A stretch of DNA of 63,080 nt, the filler included, from Octopus bimaculoides (Eukaryota), in the NCBI RefSeq assembly GCF_001194135.2. It is 8 parts of 7 records of this genome, joined end to end, with 100 filler letters (N's around TTAATTAATTAA, not from the genome) between each part and the next. Parts side by side here need not be neighbours in the genome. Positions count along the whole stretch, not along the records: positions 53,116 to 59,421 come from NC_068993.1; positions 59,522 to 61,452 come from NC_068987.1; positions 61,553 to 63,080 come from NW_026359468.1; 5 more parts are not named here. One strand, 5' to 3'. Under the pieces are notes generated by a model. That model did not search any database and had not been told where the DNA came from. It saw only the letters and a program-made list of their open reading frames with translations. Shown piece after piece: positions 53,337-63,080 of the stretch. The position numbers and the translations under genes were made by a program. Positions within the stretch are counted from its first letter, which is position 1. Every line of letters begins with the position of its first letter.

Positions 53337-53622
53337 CCTCTCTCTCTTTCTGTTTTGCGTTGTCTCTCTTTTATTTTATTTTCTCTCTACCTTTCTTTCT
53401 TACACATTTTCTTAATTTTTCTTACGTTCATGCCTATATGTTTTGTTCTCTTTTATTCACCCTAGTCTGTCTATTCCTCTCCCATATGTGTCTACACGTA
53501 TTACATCTTATAGCAATGACATATATGCAAAAACGCACGCGCACGAACACATAAAGACCTACGTACATATATGTCCATGCACACAACTATACTTACATAT
53601 GCACACGTACAAATACGCGTGC

Positions 53623-53656
<34 letters not shown>

Positions 53657-53754
53657 CCACTTAACAGTAGCAAACGCACTATCTTAAAGATAGCGTATTG
53701 GCCATGGACATTTATATTTATAGATCTTTTGGGGTATATTTTTGCTTGGGAGGA

Positions 53755-54336
53755 AAATGAAATGCATAGTGCATAAAAACACAGACATGTATCGTAGCAG
53801 TCGAGAATAGTCTGTTATGGGCAATGAAGCTATCAGATCACGTGATTTCAGTTTCCTAGACTTCCCCAGTGGCACGAATCCGGTGACCGCATACCAGCCT
53901 CTCATGGCTAATAACGCAGTATTTAGTGTTCAAACAAGACATTCACATTGAGTTGTATATAAAGATTGCCTTTTGGTCTCAATGCTGCTTCCGTCGCTAA
54001 TAATAATTGTCTTTTTAAAAAGTCCGCTGGCTATTTGAGAGACAAGTGACTAATAAAAACCCCAAAAAACAAAATAAAAACACTGAAATTCTATATATCG
54101 TGGCAGTGAGATTTGGCAGGCATGCCGTTACCGAATGCCTATCACTGGAGAAGTCCGGTACACTGAAATTACGTGATCTGAGAGTTCCGGTGCCCATAGT
54201 AGACGATTCTCGTCTTCTAATATATAAACCTCTGCTTTTATACAACATACGCCTATATGTGAGGACCTCTCAAGGCATATAACGCAATAGTCGGCGTTTT
54301 AACAAGGCATCCACGTTAAGTTGGATATAAAGATTG

Positions 54337-54343
<7 letters not shown>
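53755..54343. repeat. Family E: inverted partial copy followed by a tail fragment and a direct copy
   Basis: 53760-53885 is the reverse complement of a homologue of 54115-54240 and of 24049-24180. The tail tataaagattgc(c)tttt is repeated at about 53960 and 54330. Confidence 0.6.
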
Positions 54344-54434
<91 letters not shown>

Positions 54435-54976
54435 TGTGTGTGTGTGTGTGTATTTCCTATATGTACGACAAACGTGAAACGGGATGGAAGTATGTTCAAA
54501 TAGAAAATCTAGCAGTGGATTTTTCCATTCTTTGAAATTATAGAAGGAATGTTTTAATATTCTTTTAATTTCAAGTAATTTTCTGACACGTACACAGACT
54601 GACAGACAGACAGACAGACAGACACACACACACACACACACCGCACCACACCGCGCACACACACTCACACTCACACACATACATACATATATACGTACAT
54701 ATATATGTGTGTGTGTGTGTATACAGACGTATATGCACACAAACACGCGCACACGCGAGCGTATATGTAACAATATACATACCTATTGTAGAGCGTTAAT
54801 TTGGTATGCCATAGAGAGGGAGGGAGATATATAGAGAGAAAGAGATAGATAGATAGATAGATAGAGAGGGAGAGAGACGCATTTTGAAAAATGAAATGCC
54901 TCTTAAAATTTCACACATAAATGCATACATATATAATATGTATGTATGTATGAATGTGTTTATGCGTGTACGTATG

Positions 54977-55012
<36 letters not shown>

Positions 55013-55896
55013 TGCATGTATATGTAGACCTACACATATATGTGCACCTATATAAACATACATGTATATATATATTAAAGCAGACGTGAACATTTATAAA
55101 CAAAATAGAAGCATGTGAATGTTTATATTTACACTCCAGAGCTATGTAATTTGATTTCAGATGTACGTGCGTATATCTGTAGAATGAGTGTCTACAAATA
55201 TATGTACGTAGTCTCATTTACGTTTATATGAGTGTTTATATAATATATATATATATATCATTCAGCTACGGTAGTAGTTGAATAATATTCTTAAGGCCAC
55301 CATGTACTCACACGCAGCATCTTTCAGAGCTTGTCACTAATTCAGGTCTTAACCAAATTGAAAACTGTTAACATTCTTGAAAAGGACTTAATCCCTAGCT
55401 ACATTTAGGCATAAAATTTGTAGCAACGCTACAGGAGAGTAATAACGCCACCAATCAAGTTTAGATTTAAATTACTTTTTTATTTTATTTTAAAAGCAAA
55501 ATATATTTGGCTTAGCTTAAATGATAGAAGAAAGTACGAAGAATTTCTTAGTTTTAAGGTAAATTATCATGAAAAAATATATAAGTAAGGCAAAAAATTG
55601 GATTTAAATATAATTAACTTCTTTTTTTATTTTAAAAATAAACTATATTCTAATAATGCTTAAATGATAGAGTTCAATTCGAGGAATTTCATTGGTATCA
55701 ATCTCATGCAATGAATTTTAAAAGAAAAAGTTATGAGTGTTTGTTTCTCAAATTTGAGGGTGATAATATAGTTCTATACCTTTTTATGAATCTAGTTCTG
55801 TGGCATATTTTGATTCACACGCTTTAAAAAAAGAACGTTCTCTGTCACTTGATGCCATTTTAAATTGTAAAGACTGTAAAATAATAGAAAAATAAA

Positions 55897-56281
55897 GTTG
55901 TTGTTGGCACTCCGTCGCTTACGACGTCGAGGGTTCCAGTTGATCCGATCAACGGAACAGCCTGCTCGTGAAATTAACATGCAAGTGGCTGAGCACTCCA
56001 CAGGCACGTGTACCCTTAACGTAGTTCTCGGGGATATTCAGTGTGACACAGTGTGACAAGGCTGGCCCTTTGAATTATAGGCACAACAGAAACAAGAAGA
56101 GAGAGTGAGAGAAAGTTGTGGTGAAAGAGTACAGCAGGGTTCGCCACCATCCCCTGCCGGAGCCTCGTGGAACTTTAGGTGTTTTCGCTCAATAAACACT
56201 CACAACGCCCGGTCTGGGAATCGAAACCGCGATCCTATGACCGCGAGTCTGCTACTCTAACCACTGGGCCATTGCGCCTCT
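55897..56281 (-). mobile_element. Full-length tRNA-derived SINE, family B
   Basis: Near-identical to 12869-13252 and 39892-40281. Confidence 0.92.
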
Positions 56282-56296
56282 ACAGGNNNNNNNNNN

Positions 56297-56632
<336 letters not shown>

Positions 56633-57192
56633 TGACATTGTCTGTTCAGTTATTGAGTTAGCAGGTACGTATTCATATACACCTTTTACTCTTTACTTGC
56701 TTGCAGCCATTGGACTGCGGCCATGGTGAAGCACCGCCTTGAAAGGGTGTAGATATAAAAATCGGCCCCAGTACTTATCTTTATTTTGACACTTTTCGAT
56801 GTATTTCTGTGATTTTTAACACTATACGTCTATACATGATACTTTTCCGAGACGAATAAAGCAGTTTCTAGGCTTTCTACGGTGTATCTGCATTAAGTAT
56901 GATATAAAGGCTAAAGACTCCTTCGGTCAAAATGACCATGGTATTGCACTTAGAAAGTTCCCCTCCGAGGCGCAATCCGAGCAAGGTTGTTTACGGAAGA
57001 CCAGCAGTCGCCCATGCATACCAACCTCTCCTCTCCATGCTACCGATGTTACCCAAGGAAAAGGCAAAAGCTGATACAGCTTGGCATTAGTGATATCGGA
57101 ACTCCTTTCTACAACTGTGTGAACTGGGGCAACATGACATAAAGTACATTATTTACATTTGACGGATATTCGTCCTCATCTTGTTTGTTGTT

Positions 57193-57238
57193 GACACAAC
57201 GTTTCGGCTGATATACCCTCCAGCCTTCATCAGGTGTC
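57193..57238 (-). ncRNA. Minimal type I hammerhead ribozyme, intact core
   Basis: GACAC-CUGAUGA-A-GGCUG(GAGGGUAUAU)CAGCC-GAAAC-GUU-GUGUC: perfect 5-bp stems I and II, the full catalytic core, and a palindromic AACGUU in place of stem III. Confidence 0.8.
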
Positions 57239-57285
57239 TTGGCGAAATTTCAAACCTGGGTTGTCATTCCTAAGGTATTTTTTGA

Positions 57286-57335
<50 letters not shown>

Positions 57336-57336
<1 letters not shown>

Positions 57337-57523
57337 AGAAGTGATTTTAAATTCTCAATCGCAGGATAATGCTAATAATATAGCCTGAACAGGATAAACT
57401 ACCCCTATTTTGCAGAAAAAATTATAGGTGGTTAGCTGTGGGACTCGAACTCACATCTCCGTGATTACGCGTCACGATGCTCTGACCGATTGAGCTAAAC
57501 TCCCCCACTACAGATTCCTCTAG
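57336..57523 (-). mobile_element. Short tRNA-Thr-derived SINE inserted at the (AAT)n tract of the hammerhead element
   Basis: A tRNA cloverleaf at 57430-57504 followed by about 95 bp of unique tail; absent from the homologous copy at 31797-32140. Confidence 0.6.
57430..57504 (-). pseudogene. tRNA-Thr(CGT)-like pseudogene / SINE head
   Basis: D-arm GCTC/GAGC, anticodon stem CGTGA/TCACG with loop CG-CGT-AA (U33 replaced by G), and T-loop GTTCGAGT. The acceptor stem has two mismatches, so it is not a functional tRNA. Confidence 0.65.
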
Positions 57524-57837
57524 CACTGCCTGGAATAGAACTCGGAATTTTGGGGTTAGTAGCCTGCGCTCTTAATCACTACGCCATATGCAAGATGAGG
57601 ACAAATATCCGTCTAATGTAAATAATGTACATAACTCCTCATCTCTTAAATATAGAACTGTATGAGATAAAGTGTCTTGCTCAAAAACACAACACAAAAC
57701 CTGGTCATGAAATCGAAATCACTACCTTATGATTGTGAACCCGACGCTCTAACCACTGAGCCATGCGCCTTCATCACAGTATGACGCGTAAAAACGGTAT
57801 TACTGCTATTTAAGTTTTAATAGATTGCATTGTATGA

Positions 57838-57955
57838 AGACAGCGAGCTGGCAGAATCGTTAGCGCGCCGGGCAAAATGCTTTGCAGTATTTCGTCTGTT
57901 TTAACTCTCTGAGTTCAAATTCTACCGAGGTCGATAAAATAAGTACTAATTACGC
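57838..57955 (+). mobile_element. Family A SINE with an internal deletion between GGTCGA microhomologies
   Basis: cagcgagctggcagaatcgttagcg..gagttcaaattctaccgaggtcgataaaataagtac lacks the segment seen in the 2021-2218 copy. Confidence 0.75.
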
Positions 57956-59320
57956 ACTGCATTTGTTTTCAACCTATTCTTTGTTATTCTGGTGTCTAGA
58001 ATGGCGAAAAAGCCTATTTATTTTCATCTACCCTTGGTAATTCGGTTGTCTAGGTCAGAAGGACATTTATATTCAGCTACCCTCCATTCTATTTTCAACT
58101 TCAGTACTAAACGAACAGTAACCGAACTCTCAGATGTTAATTTTATTTTACCCATTGCAAAACAAAGATATTTCTCCCACCCTCTCCTCCAACAAATTCC
58201 AACGAAGAAGGTCAACTCCAAAGCTGTTTGACCCTTGGTACGTCTTCCTAAACACTATCAAAGCTATTTAGACGGGTGGCAGAGGACAGACGTTTGAAAG
58301 TAGGCAGGGTGTTTGTATATAAGTAATTAATCAATCATCGTCAGAAAATGTCAGCATACGGTCATAACAAATTCGAAGTGTATTTTGGGGGCTGTTGCTT
58401 TTCACTCTTGAAATATCCCTTTTCCATTATTAGTTAACGAACTCCAGCAATCTAGGGTTTCTACAGGAATTTCAAGCTCAAAAATCGTCTCATTCTTTCG
58501 CCACTTCCTTTTCTTTCTCTTCTGATTCCTAATTACTCTCTCCTCTTTCTTCCTCATTTATTCCATCTCTGGCTGTCCCTCATGTCTTCCCGCCATTTAC
58601 CTCTCTCTGCCTCTGTCTGTCTCTCTCTCTCTCTCTCTCTCACGCACACATACACTAACACACACACACACATTCTTTCTCTCCACCTCTTTCGCTTTCT
58701 GTTTAACGCGGTCATCATGGCCAATCTATTCCACGACAACATTGATTGATCACTGTATTAAGTGATGATAGTAGAGAATACGTCTTGTGTCCCGGGGTGG
58801 GCGTGGGATGTCTCTGTCGGGGTAGGAACTGGATTCTCTGATGATGGAGTGCTTAATATTTGCAGGAGGTTGACTGACGAGATTTTAGTTGTTATCAGGG
58901 TCGCACAGAAAACCTACCATGTTGACGGATTGGCGAACATCATTGTAGTGATGGTAGGACCAGTAAGTGAAATGGCAGCGGCGGCGGCGGCGGCGGCGGT
59001 AATGGTGGTGGTGGTAGCAGATGAGGTGACGATGATGATAGTGGTGGTGTGAGGGTGGTGGTGTGCGGGTGGTGGTACTGTTGATAATGGCTTCAGTGGC
59101 GGTGATAGTAGTGGTTGTTGTTCGGCTGGTATTGGTGGTAGTGGCTCAGTTGTTGGTGACAGTAATGGCAGTAGTGGTGAAGGCGGTAGTGTTCTTAGTG
59201 GTGAAAGCGCCGAGGTTGTTGGTGGCGGTAATAGTAGTAGTAGTTGTAGTAGTAGTAATAGTAGCAGCAGCAGCAGCAGCAGCAGTATTAGTAGTAGTAG
59301 TAGTTAGTAGTAGTAGTAGT

Positions 59321-59376
<56 letters not shown>

Positions 59377-59568
59377 ATGATATTCGTTGTAGCTATATTA
59401 GTCTTGTGTTCTTGAGCAAGANNNNNNNNNNNNNNNNNNNNNNNNNNNNNNNNNNNNNNNNNNNNTTAATTAATTAANNNNNNNNNNNNNNNNNNNNNNN
59501 NNNNNNNNNNNNNNNNNNNNNACACTATTCAATTTTTTTTCTCCGTGTTTTTCTCCTTGTCTCCGTAT

Positions 59569-59605
59569 TCTTTCTGTTGAAGAGCGTAGCTCGAAACGTC
59601 AAAGA
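59569..59605 (+). ncRNA. Minimal type I hammerhead-like ribozyme (core CUGUUGA) in a PLE-type terminal repeat (about 59522-59700)
   Basis: UCUUU-CUGUUGA-A-GAGC(GUA)GCUC-GAAAC-GUC-AAAGA: stems I and II are perfect, the cleavage triplet is GUC, and there is an ACGU palindrome. The downstream tail (acacc..tgtc.tcgtct..gtt) recurs at about 5960-6020. Confidence 0.65.
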
Positions 59606-59882
59606 CTTTCCGTATTCCCGAGCGTCATACTAATATATACTTTTGTTATTTACACCACCTGTCCTCGTCTGTTGTTATTATTTGTATATTCTCCCATATA
59701 TATATATATATATATATATACAAACATATGTACATACATATATACATAAAGATATAAATATATATATTTACATACGTGTATACATACATACATACATACA
59801 TACATAAATACATACATACATACACTCATACATACATACATGCATAAATACATACATACATACATACATACATACATACATA

Positions 59883-60360
59883 CAAGTGTCGGCTGAAAAA
59901 TTCGTATGCTGACCAAGATACCCTCATGGAATGTGACAAAATGAGTGCTTGGATCCCATTGGTGAAGAAGCTCTCATCTAGTTAGCCAAAATCTCATCAA
60001 CAACAGATATGACGTCATCATCACTGTGACACTGCTTACCAGTCAAGTGCTTTTTCATGTTAGGGAGCAGATGGTTGTAAGACGGGGCCAAGTCAGGAGA
60101 ATAGGGAGCGTGAAATCTACTGTTACGTACAGCAACCATTGAAACCAAGAATTTGTGTCCTGATGAAACAAGACACCTTTCGACAGTTTTCCCGGGCGTT
60201 TGGTCTTTCGTAACTTCCTCAGTAAGTTGGCACAGTACTCTCCATTGATGGTTTGGCCCTTTTGAAGACAGTCAATAAACACAATGCCTTTTGCATCCCA
60301 AAAAACTGAGGCCAAACGACCTTGGCCTTCCTTGGAGCAGGTGAAAAGAGGTGTTTTCAA
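59883..60360 (-). mobile_element. Mariner transposase remnant
   Basis: LASVFWDAKGIVFIDCLQKGQTINGEYCANLLRKL..KRPGKLSKGVLFHQD; terminus TA|caagtgtcggctgaaaa at 59881-59883. Confidence 0.85.
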
Positions 60361-60611
60361 CACTCATACATACATTCACGCGCACACACACACACACACA
60401 CTTGTATATGTATGTACGTATCTGTATATATATATATATATAGTTTATAATAGATAGGGAACTTAGGGCAAATTTTCCGATGCCGTTACATTAATTTGCA
60501 TAATTAGTGAGTTATTTTCACACAAGAAACTATATCGCGCCAGGTGTGAGTATGCTTCTCTGAGGACATAAAATAGAACCAAAAGTACATCCAAGGTTGT
60601 TACACCTGTGA

Positions 60612-60679
<68 letters not shown>

Positions 60680-61859
60680 ACACGCACGCATACACAAAAA
60701 CAAACATGAGAATATATATATATATATATATATGTATAATTATACATATATAAGGTAAATAGACAGACAGACAGACAGATAGACAAGCAGGCAGAGAGGA
60801 AAACAAACAGACAGACAAATAGACAGATAGATAAATTTATAATCGAAGTTGTGTCCCCATCAAGCACATCGGCATATTCCAGTTCTCCAAAGTATATTAG
60901 TAGATGTTATGATTTATATGAGAGTCGAAAATACTGGAAGATATTAATGGTAGAATAATTACATATTAAAACAGAATACTGGAAATTTGGGGACGATTTG
61001 TTCCATATTACGTAAGCTTCTTTAGCAATATGAGTTACCTCGGTATACATGTAGAAAAACACGTAAAGCAACTCGTATTAGTAATTCACACACACACACA
61101 TATATTTAAAGCGGTTTCATTCGGCTCCATGGGACTTAAAGTTTTGCAGGATTCTAAAAGAAACCTAGTATTGTTACTGAATATGTTAGTGTTATTTAAT
61201 TTCTGAACGGTTTTGCTTCCGTTTGTTTATGTAGCTTGATTTTTTATCCATCAGCTTCTACTAAGATAGAGACGCGAGTAAAATTAATAATAGAGAAACA
61301 AAAATAAGACTTTGGAAGCAGCAACGCCGTCATAACTTACGTGGAAACCATGAGCTTGCTTTCAAGGAAGATAATCAGAGAAAGCATTGAAAGTGAATAT
61401 AAGATCGTAATACTTCATATAAAGTAAATATAACAAATAATCCAGAATCCTTNNNNNNNNNNNNNNNNNNNNNNNNNNNNNNNNNNNNNNNNNNNNTTAA
61501 TTAATTAANNNNNNNNNNNNNNNNNNNNNNNNNNNNNNNNNNNNNNNNNNNNATTAAAAATGGGTTAAAAGAGAAAAGAAAAAAAAAGGATAAAAATGGA
61601 CAAGAAATAAAAAAAAATTAAATTTTAACTTCAATGTAAAATAATTATTTTACGTGAAGTAGAAGAAATTTCAGAAAAAGAAGAATAGCAGAACCATAAT
61701 TTAAGTGCTTTAATTTTAGTTTTTATTTAAAAGGAATGTTTTTTGAATCTACAATGAGAGAATCAGCATATAATTTTGGAAAAGACATAAAGATGGAAAT
61801 GAAAATGAAGAAACTGTAAAAGTGTATGGCTCGTAACTAAAATCTAGCTCTAATTTAGG

Positions 61860-62620
61860 TGTTGATTATTTAATGGTAGTGATATAATGTAGTGATATTT
61901 TATGTAGTGAGGTGATTTAGAAACATAGTTATTGATAAAACGTAGAGACATAGTAAAATGATGTAGTGTAGAGGCGTAGGGTAGTAATTTAATGCAGAAA
62001 TATAGCATAGAGACATTGAAGTGACGTTGCAGAAACGTTATGAAATGACACATCATAGTGCCACAATGAAGAAACACAATGTAGTGATATAGTGGAGAGA
62101 CATAGTGTAGTGATGTAGTAAAGGGACATAGCGTAGTGGTTTAACGTAGAGATATTATGCAGGGACGAGTGTAGAGACATAGTGCAATGTCCAAGTGTAG
62201 TGATATGCAATAAAGACATAGTTTAGTTATATAATGAAATGATATGCTGAAGAGAGAGTAGTGACGTTGTAGAAATATTATGTTGTGATACAACATAGGA
62301 ACACAGTGTAGAGATATGTTGTGATATAGTGTAGACATAGTTCATTAGCATAGTGTAGTTACACAATGTAGAGATAGTGTAGTGACATAATGTGGTAATA
62401 ATATAGTGTGGAAATAATGTAGAATTATAGGCGTGGTACAGAGAAGTAGTTTGGTTATAAATCTACAAAGTGTCTCTTGTACAGACTTAGGGTAGTGATA
62501 TTGTGGAGTACTATATTAGAGTAAAATAGTATAGAAACAGTATAAAGACATATAGTGTAGACGTGCAGAGACGGACTTTTATGATATAGTGTAATGATGT
62601 AATATAAATTAAAATACAAA
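61860..62620. repeat. Cryptic, highly degenerate pentamer-based low-complexity tract (atagt/gtagt/gtgat/agagac)
   Basis: Recurrent agagacatagtgtagtgat-like words; gtgacgttg(c/t)agaaa(c/t)(g/a)ttatg occurs twice (about 62020 and 62260). Confidence 0.6.
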
Positions 62621-63035
62621 GATGGAAATAATAGTCTGTTCCGAATAGAATTGTTTAATAAAATTGATGTTATTGTCAGCATTGATATTATTACTGCGAA
62701 CAATTTACTATTTATTCTTTAGTGATATCAGATAACAGAAGTGTAGCTGTTCTTGATAAATGTCTGCTTCTATATCAGGAATGTTCTTTAACAACAGTCT
62801 CAGCTATTTCGTTCTGTTCAATCACTGTCGTATCAATAACAACTTGAGAAGGTGAATCAGATCAAGTCGTTCTCAGAACATTTCTGCCACTGAGCTTCCT
62901 AAATGAGCTTCTCTGTATGGGTCTCTCAGGGTTTGACAAGTCCAGTATACAACTAAATATTCGAAAGTGCTCACGAAGTAAACTACAATACCCAGTAACA
63001 AAGCTCGCTCCCGGTTACATACAATATGTAGGGTA

Positions 63036-63080
<45 letters not shown>

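Larger units (their letters stand above)
57144..57660 (-). mobile_element. tRNA-headed, hammerhead-terminated SINE-like element (copy 2) with a 40-bp inverted terminal duplication
   Basis: Same architecture and sequence as 31797-32140; the tRNA head is at 57524-57590. 57144-57183 and 57591-57630 are inverted copies with 2 mismatches. Confidence 0.8.
56911..57771 (-). mobile_element. tRNA-derived SINE, family C, split by a nested insertion (57144-57660)
   Basis: The head GGCGCATGGCTCAGTGGTTAGAGCG..GATTTCGATTTC is at about 57700-57771 and the body/tail at 56911-57143. A TSD-like repeat, catgacataaagt / tatgagataaagt, lies at 57133-57145 and 57661-57673. Confidence 0.8.

Noticed and set aside
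62760-63040. Short minus-strand open frames near the right edge (e.g. ALLLGIVVYFVSTFEYLVVYW)
   Set aside because: No acceptor or start, and no recognisable family; it cannot be supported from the sequence alone.

Overview
AT-rich, microsatellite-saturated metazoan genomic DNA. The repeat landscape (several tRNA-SINE families, RTE and R4/Dong LINE ends, (TACA)n/(TA)n/(AAT)n tracts) suggests an Octopus-like cephalopod; this is inference. Seven artificial 100-bp pads (44 N + TTAATTAATTAA + 44 N) show the window is eight separately assembled pieces. Host coding sequence is sparse. There is a large exon of an unorthodox aquaporin (AQP11/12-like, 118-763, minus strand; the gene continues off the left edge), a candidate upstream exon encoding a 147-aa acidic 8-mer repeat (4160-4600, minus) that would splice in frame to it, and one isolated beta-tubulin exon (56418-56603, plus). 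The rest is mostly mobile-element debris: SINEs, RTE and Dong-like LINEs, Penelope-like (PLE) RT and GIY-YIG fossils, maT/mariner/Tigger/hAT/Helitron fossils, a gag fragment and MITEs. The most notable observation is a short element present twice that joins a tRNA-derived Pol III head, an (AAT)n spacer and a minimal type I hammerhead ribozyme. One copy has an intact ribozyme and a PLE-like inverted terminal duplication. A second, unrelated minimal hammerhead lies at 59569-59605. All homology calls come from recognising motifs by eye; no database searches were run.
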